64,000 nt of DNA from contig NC_045696.1 of NCBI RefSeq assembly GCF_009834535.1, positions 30,134,001 through 30,198,000 on the forward strand. Reading direction: 5' to 3'. Positions 39,076 to 51,960 of this stretch are shown piece after piece. Each line of letters opens with the position of its first letter. Within the stretch, counting starts at the first letter, position 1. This stretch comes from Camelus ferus. Lineage: Eukaryota. The notes below the pieces were generated by a model. It searched no databases, was not told where the DNA came from, and saw only the letters and a list, made by a program, of their open reading frames with translations. The translations under genes and the position numbers were made by a program.

Positions 39076-39745
39076 CTATTGCTACTACTACACATCCCTC
39101 TGTCTTGCTTCGGATGACAGTTATCCATCACACGGTAATTACAAGGCAGTTCAAATTTACTCTTTGTATCTAGTCACAGAAGTAATGATGTTTACTTTGT
39201 TCTTTCTTATTCAGCCTACTGTTTTTGTAATGCCTTCAACTCTAGCACACTCTCCTAGACACCAGCCTTAAGACTCTCTAGCTGTCAAATGCAACCAAGT
39301 GATCATGGTACAGATGCCCCTAACATCTTGGCATTTGTTTGTTAAACAAACAAATCAGTAAAACCTTTATACATTTTTGGAGACTGTGTTCACTTGTGTT
39401 AACAGGACCAAGAACAAAGTTCCTATGAAATTGTATACATATGTCTTCACAGGGGAAAGATAGTTCATTAGAAAATGTAAGAAAGTTAAGAAGATTGAAT
39501 GATTTAAGATAGTTAAGCCAACACAGGAAAAATGTTGGAATCAGAGAATTGTTTCCTTCCTTTCTTCAGGATCCCTGTACACTTTTTACCTTTTGTTTTT
39601 TGAAGTTTTCAGTGACAGACACAAGTAGTCAATGTGAGTCATTCATTCTTGTGGTTTGAAAAGCTGATAACATTTTACACTGAATATACTATATTTAAAA
39701 TGTATCTCTGTCATACTTGTACATTTTATTCCTTACATGTAGGAG

Positions 39746-40251
39746 TGTATCAATCAGGATTATCCAAAAAAATAGAACCAATAAGATACGTGTGTGTGTG
39801 TGTGTGTTTGTGTGTGTATACATACAGAGAGAGAGAGAAAGAAATCTGCAGTCAGCAAGCTGGAAACCTAAGAGAGCTGCTGGTGTAGTTTTAGTCTAAA
39901 GGCTTGCAGGCTTAAAACCTAGGGAGAGCTGACGTTTCAGTTCAAGTCCAATGGCAATTAAAAAAAAAATTAAAAGACAAACAAAAAAACAAAGATGTCC
40001 CAGCTCAAGTCAGTCAGGCAGGAGGAAAATCCTTCTTACTCATGGGAGTACCAGCCTTTTTGTTCTATCTAAGACATCAGCTGATTGAATGGGGCCCACC
40101 CATGGTAGGGAGGGCAGTTGCTTTACTCAGTCTACCTACTGAAATGATGGTCTCATCCAGAGACAGTTCCAATAGAGACCCCCAGAATGTTTGACCAAAT
40201 GTCTGGATACCTTGTGGCCCAATCAAGTTGACACATAAAATTAACTACCAC
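39746..40251 (-). mobile_element. MLT2 (C/D-like) ERVL solo LTR
   Basis: AGAACCAATAAGATA(TG)n...CAGCAAGCTGGAAACC...GTGGCCCAATCAAGTTGACACATAAAATTAACTACCACA. Confidence 0.9.
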
Positions 40252-40499
40252 AATGTGCATATCTAATAAAAAAGATACCAAATGTTTATAAGTTGGTAGA
40301 ATTTGAGGAGAGCTAAGAGCAATCCTGAAATTAGAATTAATGGTAAAACTCCTTTGATCATATTCTCCTTCTCTCCATCCTCCTTTTCCTTCCTTTCTTC
40401 AGCATAATTTATTAAGATACCACTAACAACCAAGAATACACAGATGGAGAGCACATAATATACTATTGTAAATTCTCATGAATGTGGTAACAAAAGGCC

Positions 40500-41650
40500 A
40501 TCCTCAATGGCTATGGAATCTCAGAAGAGGAAGAACCTAACTTTCTGTAGGTGCCAGAGTGTTTTCATTGAGTAGATGTTCAATAAGTTGCAGTTTGAAG
40601 AATGGTTTCATGTTGATGCATATAAAATGCCATCAAAGACGAAAGAAACAGGTAGAAGATATTCTACCATCTATTTAGGAAAACTTAGATTGCTCTGTGT
40701 GACTGTGGTAAAGAGCTCATCATTTAATGCAGAAGCACTTGAACTTTATTCTATATGCAAGTAGAGTGTTGAGATTTAAAGTGGAGAAGTATCATAATTA
40801 TGCATTATAGAAACATCCCTCTGGCTGTGAGGTGGGGGAGTGGAGAATAAATTGGAGAGCATATTAAAATTTGCTCTCCATAATTAAATTGGAGAGCAAA
40901 ATAAATTGGAGAGCTTATGAAATTTGAAATTTTTTTCTAAAGGACATTGTGATAGTCAAGGTAAGAAGTATAAAGCAAAGATAGTGATAATGGCAAAGAG
41001 AGACAGAATTAAATAGACTATTATGGAGCCAAAAGGACTCAGACATATATGCCAAGGAAATTAATGAAACTGTGTCATATGTTTCTGCTTAATAAATCAT
41101 ATTGGTCATGGAGTCTTTTGCCAAAGTGAAGAATATGGGGGCAGGGGAGATTTTTGGTGGTTAGGTAACAGTTCAGTGATGGACATTTGAATTAAATGAT
41201 CTGGAAGTCAGTAGAGTGAAGGTATCCTGCAGGAAATCACCACAGTATTTCTAAGTGTGACTATGAATAAGACTCCTGCAGGAGAGTATATGAAATGACA
41301 AGGGAGAAAGGTCAAGAGCAGAAACCCAGAGAACACCAACTTTTATGGGTTAGATTGCACAACAGAAGTTCACAGACTGCTGACATGGAGAGTTAAAAGC
41401 AGTAAGAAACTCATGAAAACAACATTAAACAGTGATAGGTGTGGGAAGTGTTTCAAGGTGAAGACAGTAGACATCTTAGACATTTCAATAGAGGAGTTGA
41501 CTAAGATACATTTTGAGACTGTTATGGATGGCCATTGTCATCTTAGTAAAATGTTTGCCTAAGGGTGTTAAAGATTATGCCAATATGTAGGGAGTCAAGA
41601 TGGGGAAATGAGTGAGGAAGATCAGGAAATTCAGTCTTCACTCTGTTGGG
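40500..41650 (-). mobile_element. L2 LINE remnant
   Basis: Purine-rich plus strand with L2-like text (TATAGAAACATCCCTCTGGCTG, GTTCAGTGATGGACATTTGAATT, CAGAAACCCAGAGAACACCAAC). Confidence 0.65.
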
Positions 41651-44600
41651 AATGAATGAGTTAAAGTTAGGGAATGAATTAAAGTTCAGAAAGTGTTCCT
41701 GAAAGGTGGAAGAAAGATCAATGGAATCTATTTTCAGCCTACTTTTTCCTCTCCTCTCTCATCGGTGGGCTCTGTGAATCCTTCCTCTGGGTAATTCTGT
41801 CTCTGGACTCTTAGGTTAATTTTTCAGATTTTCTGGTACATTTAAATTATCTCACTCAGTACTTGTTACATTGATAATATTATGTTGATACTATTGGCAA
41901 TAAAATTGGTAGTATATTTGTACTAATGCCTTGTCTGGCACCAGATAACAAGTTTTGATACAAAGTATGACATGGCAACAGATTCACTTTGTTGGTAGTA
42001 TTAATACTTATTTGAGTTCACTTGAATACTTTTTTTGGAAATAGGAAAAATGGTAACATCTAAGCACAAATAAAATTTAAGGTTCTTGACTATTTGTGAC
42101 TGGCTGATTATTGGTAATTGTGTCACCCAACATCATTTCAAACTGCTGTGGCAGATGTATCTTGAGTCTCTAGAGAGTCAGAAAAGGAAAATTAAAACCA
42201 TGCTAGTTTTGTTTAAATTACTTGAGACATATTGGCAATGGGACTGTTTTCCTTGCTTCTAAACGGCTATGACCACCTTCGGTTTCTTAACTTCATTGTG
42301 GAATGGTTTCATTACTTTTATTTCACACACTTACTCATCCATGCCTCCTCCTTTTGGCTGCCCATTTTAAAAAAACTCATTTTCTAAAAGAATGTTTAGT
42401 TTGTAAAGTAGATTTGCAAAACAAAGTAAAGAAACTACAGGACAAAAATCAATAAAATAAAGCATTTTTTACTCCAATAGCTACTTTTCCCTTTCTATAT
42501 CTTTTTTTTTTTATAATACGGATGTTAAATTAATTGAAATTTCTGGCGTTTTCTTTCTCGATATCTATTACGTGCTTTTTCCCATTAGAAAGGTAATTTG
42601 TATCTAAAGATTAAAAACATAGTGACTACTCAAACATAAAAATCCTTCCATCTTTAACTAGACTATGCTTGGAGAAACATTCCAGCTCTATACTCTCCAC
42701 TGTTCTAGAATCTAGGAGTGGGATTTTTTGAAATCCAGGGATTAAAAATTACCTTTTTATGGAGAATCTGGACATGACATGTAAACTGAGCAAGTCTGGT
42801 GATTTCTTGCTGTCATACATATTTGCTCTTCTCTGTTTGTCCAGATTACATCATTTTGCCATTCTGATTGCTTTAGTTTAAAACTTTGGTTGCTATGATA
42901 CTGTTGCATAAGCCAATGCATCTTTTAACTATATTTAGTGCCCAGAATTTTCATTAAAAAAACCCAGCTACATATGTGTGTAGAAGCTCAATGTACAGTG
43001 CATGAAAGAATAAAGAGTAATTTAGGAAAAAAGAGATGCTATTATTCTGCAAGAAGCAAAGGTATTTCTGAGAAATCCATTTCACCAGAGAACTTGAGAA
43101 ACTCAACTTATATCCATTGCTAAATTCAGCAGACAAGCTATTCCCCACTAGAATATTTAGGAGGCAATAGACAAAAGAATGTTCTTACATCTGTTTTATT
43201 TTTTAAAGGATAGTTAAACATCTGGCTCAAAGAATAAATCACGGGGAGAGATATTGTCAAGGCATTGAAGCTTATCCTTGTAGTATATTTCAAGAGAAGA
43301 CAGAGAAAGCTATCACTTAAAAATATTTAAAACAGAAACTACTGGTAAACTGTTATAAAAAATAAATAGGAGACTCACAGTTTATTCAGAATCCTAGGTG
43401 TAAAATTATTTCTTATGAATACACTTAGGATTGAAAATATCTTTATACTAATCAAGTTTGAACTAAAGAGCAAACAATAATACTTGTTTGACTCTGTCAA
43501 CTTATTAATAGGAATAGCTATAGCAAAAGTCTGAAAAGCATCAACTGGCCACATAATCTCTCATTTTCATATAAAAGGTACCATTTTAATGTCATATAGT
43601 CAGTTAAGAAATTTAATTATAGAGCAGTTAAGATAATAACCAAAGCAAAAAGTAAATCATGTGATAAAGAATTAGACAGAACTGCTAAAATTGTGCATGA
43701 ACCACATTTAGATTTGAATTTGACTTACAAATAAAGGCATTTAAATGAAAGAGAAAAAAATCTTTAAGTTTTATTCTAGCCTACACGCTAATGTTTATAA
43801 TAAGTATGGACCCAAACTAGAGTAAATAAAATAGAAGAGTTATATTGTTGACAGAATTCTTAATGTTTACTTCAGTATAAAATAGTAAGACACAGTTGTT
43901 TTTACTTTATTTTGAAATGCCAATTACAAGCTGTGGTGAAAATAATGTGTTTTAACATACTACAGTATTCATATTTTATTTAGAAAAATCATAAGTAATC
44001 TTTAATAGAAAAAGTGGAAGGTTCATATTACAATATATGTTTCTGCTTCAGGAATTACTTTATATAAATAAAAGTAACTATATGAAAATACGAGCTGCAC
44101 TTAAAAAGAAAAATAAGCCACTTAATTGTAGAATAGCTAACAGGATATTTTGAGCATAATACATTATACTTGAAAGAATAATTTACCCAAGTGATTTATG
44201 TAGGTGCAACAAAATTTATGATTATGTTTATATTTATCAGAGAAATATGATAGGTTTTCTTTATCTAAATCCAATGACATGTAAGTTTTTTCCATCTTTC
44301 TTACAAATATGATTAATGAGTAATTTACAACACAGAGCAACAGCATGCATATATTGTTTGCTTTTGTAAAAAAAAAATAAAGTCCTTTAAACACATTTTC
44401 CAAATTTTTTGACTTTATACATGTCTAGACTTCTAGAAAAACAGGAAGAAATATTAAAGCTTTAAGTCTAATATTATAAATCTATATCATAATGTAAATA
44501 TATTTGCTTTGTTTTAACAATTAATATATTATTAAATATATTATTCATGATTACAAATTCTTTTGAAAGTGAATCTGTCCTGTCTGAAAAAGAGTCATTA

Positions 44601-46239
44601 GTCAATTAGACTACTTTCCTTGTCAAATTAATATTAATGTAATTTTCATTCTTAATTCTCAAGTATACCCCTCCCTCATTCCCCCATAGGAAGTATCTAA
44701 GCATATTAATAGCTAGCCATACTCTATAATTATAGAATGTAAAGTTGGAAATCCTCCTGATAATCCTAGGGAAAAAAATATTTTTTATAGACTGCATTCT
44801 ATTATATGTGAAAGAATTAAGTTGTTTCCCTAAATTAAACATTTAAATAACCTAAATTACATCTATTTTTGAAGAATATTCATACATACAGCATATCAGT
44901 ACATTGCATTCAGTTTTTTATCTCACTTTTTGGTTTGTATGCAAATAATAACAGTTTTGATTAAATATATCAGTGCATATGTCTGCCTTAGGATCTTGCT
45001 TTGTTACTGAAACTATCAGTTCTTGTGCTTGGTAAAAATGTTTCTCATCTCTCTTGCAATCAATAAAGTGCAATCCTGAGATCTAGGTTCATGGTCTTGA
45101 TTTTGAGAAACAATAGAATGGAACAGAATTTTAAAGATATTTCTAGAGTGATAAGCCTAATCTCTGGGAAGATGTGTTGGCTGCAGGGCTTTAAGATAAC
45201 CCATGATACTGTATGCACGGCAACCTCTTAATGGGCCATTACTGATCTAAAGTGGAGATGAATCTTACTTACATGATGCCATATTTTCCTTAAGAGATCT
45301 TGAGAAATTAAGAAGGAAGCAGCATGGTATTTCAATTCTTCTCCTTTGTGTTTTGTTACTTTATTATTAAAGTTGAACAATTTTTCTAGTCTGTAATTTT
45401 AATGTCTAATGAATATGTTATAAATAACTTTATTCCTTTACTCGCCAGGTGTTTAATTATCAAACAGCATAGGAATCTTTTGAACTACGATTTTCCTTTT
45501 GTATTTTATAATGACATTAACCTGCCAGGACGATTATTTTAGTTATTGTCCCCAAAATATATGTAACTCATTTTAACTTAAAATTAGTTCTTCCTCACAA
45601 TTACCTGGCTCCCAAACACAATCTGTCTCTAATAGTTTCGTGTAAGTGAAATCTACCGACATTTAAATTGTAGTTCATGCTACTTGTGTCCCAGGTTTGT
45701 GTTTTGTCTGTCTGCCTGTCAAAGTTTGCACTTATAGTTGAATTTGGCTGGGTATCCTTGCCCTGATGCACTTCACCATATAAAATTTTATTATGATGCA
45801 GTGTAGGTAGCAGTCCAGATCTCTGAAATAATCCCTGTGTTTCATTTCCACAGTGTGTTGACTTCTCACCATTCTCTGTGCTCCTTCTTCCACTGCAATG
45901 GTTTTAAAAGTACAGCGGAAAAGACTGCAGAATTTAGTTTAGCACATTAACACAAGAAACCTTTTAATAACAATAAATATGTTTTTCTTTAGTGACTTTT
46001 AAAATGCATACATGTATTGCTTCCATCAATTGTGCAACTTAAAAATTTCATATTATTTGCCAGGAACTGGAATAGTCACTGGAGCTTTCACCAAATCGCT
46101 TGGACTTGAAGTCTCTAACCCTCAATATCTAAGTTTGTAGAATTGGGGTGATAAGAAGAATAAAAGGGAAATATAATCAAAACACATGGCTCTACAGTAT
46201 ATGCTATATGTGGCAGTTATTAATGTAGGCTTTTTAGAG

Positions 46240-46450
46240 TAATACTTGAGGGAGCAGGCATTACAGCCAGGCTGCCTGGCTGTAGTTATATTCACTGACT
46301 ATAGGAACTTATACAAGATGTTCTTTAAAATAAAAATATGGTATTATTTTTTCCATAGGGTTGTTGTAAGTTTTCAAAGCATTATTATGTATAGAATATA
46401 TAGTATATTTTATGGCTCACGTGTATTAAGTAATCAATAAATGTAGCTAG
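46240..46450 (+). mobile_element. MIR SINE
   Basis: GAGCAGGCATTACAGCCAGGCTGCCTGG...CATAGGGTTGTTGTAAG...TAAGTAATCAATAAATGTAGCTA. Confidence 0.7.
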
Positions 46451-49400
46451 TAAAGGTGTCCCTAACATTTTGTTTAGTATTATAAGTGTAACAAAATATG
46501 TGGAAAATTTAGGAGTACTAAGTAATCTTGGCCTGTATTAAGTTACTGCTTGTGATTGTGTTAAATGTTAGCACCATAAAATACAATGTACAAAGTATAA
46601 AGAAGGACAAAGGACAAATTTCCATATATGCAAAAAATTGGACAGTTGTTGTGAAAATATATAGCCATAATAAGGAATTTCTACCTTCATGTCTTATGTT
46701 CGGCTCTTACATGACCTCATTGTATGATTTAATATTTTTAGTTTATAGATAGTTTCTTTTGTTTGTGATCAGTCATTAGAAGTATAAGGCATATCGGTTT
46801 TAGAGACATTATTCTGTATTTGAGAGATATTTGTAAGATAGGGACTTTGCAAATTTCTCACTCCTAACAGACATAATATTTGTATGGCAAATTTAACTAC
46901 TGTTTATTTCTTTGTTCTTAAGTTGTAGTTAGTTTTAAGAAACTCATGGTGTGATGTACTTTCTAGGGTTTTCTAGGCTTTAGGATTGGTTTATTTCAAT
47001 TGTTTCCCCAACATCCTTTGTTAAAATCAAATTACTGAGAACTTAAAAAAATAAAACAAAATAAAGGAAGGAAGGAAGGAAGGAAGAAAAAATAAACAAC
47101 TCAGTTAAATGTAACTTTAAAAAAAATTCTAATGTTTCTGCTGAATCCCAATTGCTTTCCTATTCTAACATTATGTACTTGATATCGTGGAAGCCTTCTA
47201 ATATCCTACTTCACCTGTCTCTCTAAGTCTGTACCTGACATGTCTTCATTACAACTTATATCATACCCTAGTCTTGCATCACCCTCCAAAGCAAGGGGTC
47301 TACTAAGAAGATTTCACAGTCAGTGTAAACTTCACCACTCCAATCAGTATCACTTGAGAAAGTAGTGCTCAAAGAAAGAAAGTTACTTTGATTACCATGT
47401 TCTTTGTGTCAGATGGTTTCTTTATATTGATATTCTCATATTTTGCTCCTAGCCTTGGCCTAGTGTTGGTATTTAGAAAAGGGAGCCAGTAATGTTACAC
47501 TATTAAGTTTCTGGTACAACCAGAATTCTCTTCCTGTAGTAGATTGACCTACAGAGAAAATAACAAATATGTGTGTAATTCCTTAGAAAATATTGTGATG
47601 TTACTATATTTTAAGCTAACATTTACTAAAAGTGGTTTGGGGGTAAACTGATTATTACACTATTATATACGGTTTAATCAGAGCTACCATATAGATAACA
47701 CTGATTTAAAAATAAATAAAGTGAAAGTAACTCACTGCACAGAAAGATGTTGAATATACTTATATGTGTGTGTGTGTGTGTTTGTGTGTGTGTGTATATA
47801 CATATATATTTTCTTTCATGATTCTCTTTCATGATTAAGAAAGCACTTTTCATGTATTTTGAATATTAAAAAATATGTGGCAGCATTGAAAAATACCCAT
47901 TTTTGTTTTAGAGTTGCAATATTGATTTGTTGTTTTCTTGTAGCATGTATCACATACAATACCCTATTATTGGTGAACTATCTTTTATAAAAAGTTAATA
48001 GATTGAGTAGATTATGGACATTAAATTCCTGATTAACAATTGTTCCATTGTTTTAGAATCCCTACTCCACCCCAACCCTTAATGAAATGGCCCTTAATGG
48101 CTGGCCCAACCCCATGGTCTATTGTGTGTGTGTATGTGTATGTAATCCAACAATGCAAGAAGTGAAGACACTTTGAAAATCTCTATATATGTGCTATTTA
48201 TTTGATATTTCTTTTCAAACTTCCACAGTGGTCCCATTTAGTCTAGTAAGTTATCTTTGAAAATTAACCTGGGATCAGCTTGTGTGAAACTTTGGTAACT
48301 ACCACTAACACCATTGAACTATACCTTGACCTCTTCATAAAGTCAGAGTACCAATATATTGATAAGTATATAAAATAAGGGCTTCAATAATCAGACTCTT
48401 TCTGTTTACTTTAGAAAGCATTTTATAATTTACTTTTGTAAATTAGTTCTCGAACGATTAAAATTACTTAAATTCCTTTAATACACACAAAATAAGTAGA
48501 GAACAAAGCCTGAGAAAGTGCTGTGTCACCCTGCAAAAGAGAAACTAAGCTCCTACACTGTTGACCTTTTACAGAGCACAGAATCTGCTTGTTGGTTGCA
48601 AAGATTTGACTGTATAAACACGTGTGTGTGTGATTCTTTTGATTATATGTCCTTTAATTCTGATCCTGAAATACCATGTGTTACCACTTTTTTCCCCATA
48701 TGAGTCACAATGTAATGGCATAAAAAGTGATCCCAGGGAATACCATACTTTTTTAGCATTCTTTGTATTATGCACTTAAGTTGTATTTCAATACATAATA
48801 CATGGTTAGATATAGTAGATTTTTCATGAAGGTGACAATTCATTACTCTCTGAATTGATTCTTTCTGTTGAGCCCGTGGTAATACAATTCTTATTCCAGT
48901 TTACCCATGAAGGAAAGTCTTTCCTCTGCCTAGCTTTGATTATTTCTCAAGAAATAATTTTAATATTCTTTAATTCCTTCAGAAAGCAATGCAAATGACT
49001 AATATGATGTAATAGAGATAAAGTTCAGTAACATTCAGGATGCACTGCTAAAACTTCAGCCCCTAGTCTCTTGTCTACATTTGTATGTTTCCCAAGTAAT
49101 CATCTGTTATGTCATGTAAATAATGGAGCATTTATTAAGTTACAAATGAAGTCAGCCTATAACTTTTCTTTACACAGGTTATCAAATGGTTGAAATAAAA
49201 CATTTTGCTAACGTTCCTTATATCTGGAAGTTCTATAATTTTAAGAAAACCACAAATCTATATAGCTTTGCTTATTAAAATTTTCTAGTTTTTACATGGT
49301 CAATTCTCTTGAGTGGATGCTTCATGGCTGACTTTCATTGTTTCACCAAAAATAATTGAAGTTGAGTCAGATTCAGTGCTTTGAGATTAACCTACAAATG

Positions 49401-49721
49401 GGTAACTTTGATGATAAAATAATCTTAGTATATCTCATTACAATGTACTGTAATATAATGTAATGTGATATAACACAGTAATATAATAATATAATACAGT
49501 AAAATCTGTTCTGTTCCGTGAGATTTATATAGTGCCTGCCTGGTGCCAGACACCGCTATGGGCAGCAAGCATAGAAATTAAGAACAAGAGTCTTGAGGCC
49601 ACGTAGACTGTTTGGTCTGCCATGTTGCTTACTATCTCTGTAGATTTGGATAATTTTCCTAAAGTCTCTGAACCTCAACTTTTTTCTTATATAAGATAGG
49701 ACTGATAATACTTACATCATA

Positions 49722-49722
<1 letters not shown>

Positions 49723-49761
<39 letters not shown>

Positions 49762-49768
49762 GTGTGTG
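49723..49768. repeat. (TG)n microsatellite
   Basis: Directly visible. Confidence 0.95.
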
Positions 49769-50429
49769 AAATTTAAAGGAAAAACTGCAAGCAAAACTCT
49801 TACGCACAGTCTGCAGAGCCCTCCATGAAGATCGGCTCGTAACAGTCCCAGGAGTTTGGGAAACTTAGCTGCAGACTCCGCCACATTCAGTTCTCTCCAC
49901 GGAAGAGGCAGGCATGTAAGCAAATAGTAAGTGTAATGGTGAAATATGCAAAATATTAAAGTAGCATAAGTAAGGGAGGAGATGGAGGGACCCTTCACTG
50001 AGGGGATGCTGCTTAGCCAGAATTTGAGGAAGGAAAGGAGCTTCATAGAAAGATAAAGAACAGCAAAATAGCTTATTTCATACTGATGAAATATGGTTAA
50101 AAGACAAGGTAATAGGAGCCATCAAGAAGTTCAGAATGATGGGAAGGTAAAGTCTGAAAAAGTCAGACATATTCCACAGGGTGGGATATAAAGACTTTTA
50201 TTTTTCTTGAGGAACAGATGATCTCCTTGCCTTACAGCTCTCAGGAAATATCACGTACTCTTTAAAAGCATTATTTATCCATGTATTATTTATTGATGCC
50301 AGATACTAAGTGCTGGACATAAAAAAAAAAAAAGATAAACTAAACAACGATTCCCAGTTTTAAGTCTAATCAGAGAAGAGGATATATCTATAATTAAAGC
50401 ACATTTCAAAGCTACACCCAAGATGATAT

Positions 50430-50960
50430 GAGAGAGAATTCCACTTCTGCCTGTGACAGAACCCTTGTTACCAGATAAATCCTCCCAGCATGACCAATTA
50501 TAGAATCTGGATGCAATATTCAACAACAACAACAACACTATTTAAAGTCATCAGAAAAGAAAAAAAAAAAAGCCAAAAATTTAGTGGTCAATATTCCAGA
50601 GAGAAAGAATGTGTGTTGTGGTGAGCTGAATATTTCTCTAGGTTTTCCCTGTCAAGGAGTTTTGTTTATTCACCTCAAGAGACAGCCCTGTAGCGGAAGT
50701 AACAGCCTCAAGCTCCTGATGTCTCACTGAGCTGAATAGAAAAATATTGGATTTAACGCTATCAAAGCAGTCAAGACTTAAAGGGTCAACAACCTGAGAA
50801 CAGTACTAGATATTTGGGGCAAGATTCCAAGAAACTAGACCAAAAGCAACCATTAGGAAGCTCAGAAACTAAAAAGAGATTGCAACAGTCCACGGTGTTG
50901 GGAGAAAAATGGGAATCCTTGCTGTGTAAGGGAAGTGAGTCCCTGGTAAAGCTCTCAAGC
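50430..50960 (+). mobile_element. Old L1M 5'UTR fragment
   Basis: TTCCACTTCTGCCTGTGACAGA...CCAGATAAATCCTCCCAGCATGAC...TCTGGATGCAATATT resembles L1M 5' termini. Confidence 0.55.
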
Positions 50961-50989
50961 TTTCACCTGAGACCTTTTTTTTCTTATTC

Positions 50990-51960
50990 CTTAAGTGTTG
51001 CTACTTAAATTTAGCCCTTTTTAATTGCTGCCAATATGCCAATAATCCCAAAGCTCTAGCTGCAGGAGCAAACACTTTTGTCAAATCCAGATGTATATTT
51101 CCAGCTGCAACCGGCTCTCTCCGCCTGGGCACTTGTAGTCTTCTCAAGTGTACCAAGTTCAACGATGTTCTTTTCCTCACTCTTACAGATTCCTTTTCCT
51201 GGATTTCCTATTTCAGTCAGTGTAATATATTCTCATGTACCCAGGAACCCAGCAGATACACCTGTGATTTTTTTATTCTTTTTCTGTACTCTCTAGAAGA
51301 AATTTTACCCCAGGCCCTGTAAATTAATGTTTAAAATGCCTCCAAGGACCCATTTTCACTCTGATTCTACTTGTCTTTATCCCGGTTGCTCCCATCTCTT
51401 GCTCACATCATTTCAGTGCTCTCCTAACACCATCTGTGCTTGGGTAAGCCCCTCCCCTTATCCAATATCCACAGTAATCATCATCACTTGTCATAACTTG
51501 TCATGTCTTCCATAGCTAATCGTAGTCCACATGAATATATTGCCATTCACCCTGGGCCTCCTTTCCTACAGCTCCTCCCCATGGGACCTGTGATCGCAGA
51601 TGCCTTATGCACCTACATGCCTTCACTTGTGCTGCTCCCTCTGCCTAGAACACCTTCCTACTTCTTCTACCCCTGAAAAAATGCTGGTCATCCTCCTCCT
51701 TCCAAGACCCGGTGCAAATAACATCTCTTCTATGAAGTCTTAATAATCTCATTCTTTCTACTCAGAAATTAATTTATTTTTCCCTATGATTCTATAACTA
51801 CTTTAATCATACTGTTAGATTAATACTTACATTGTATTACAGTTAATTGCTTTTAAAGCCATCTCCTCTTTTCTATGGTGTGCTCCATTACACTGGGTGC
51901 ATAATTGCCTGTCTCCTCACAACTTAGGACAGGATTCCTGAGACGTCGTAAGTGGTTGAC
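50990..51960 (+). mobile_element. L2 remnant
   Basis: Pyrimidine-rich L2 text (GTGCTGCTCCCTCTGCCTAGAACACCTTCC...CAAATAACATCTCTTCTATGAAG). Confidence 0.7.

Noticed and set aside
44545..44590. ATGATTA...CCTGTCTGA resembling a snoRNA (U8-like) 3' end
   Set aside because: Only ~40 nt, imperfect C box, no further similarity; better read as a minus-strand acceptor.
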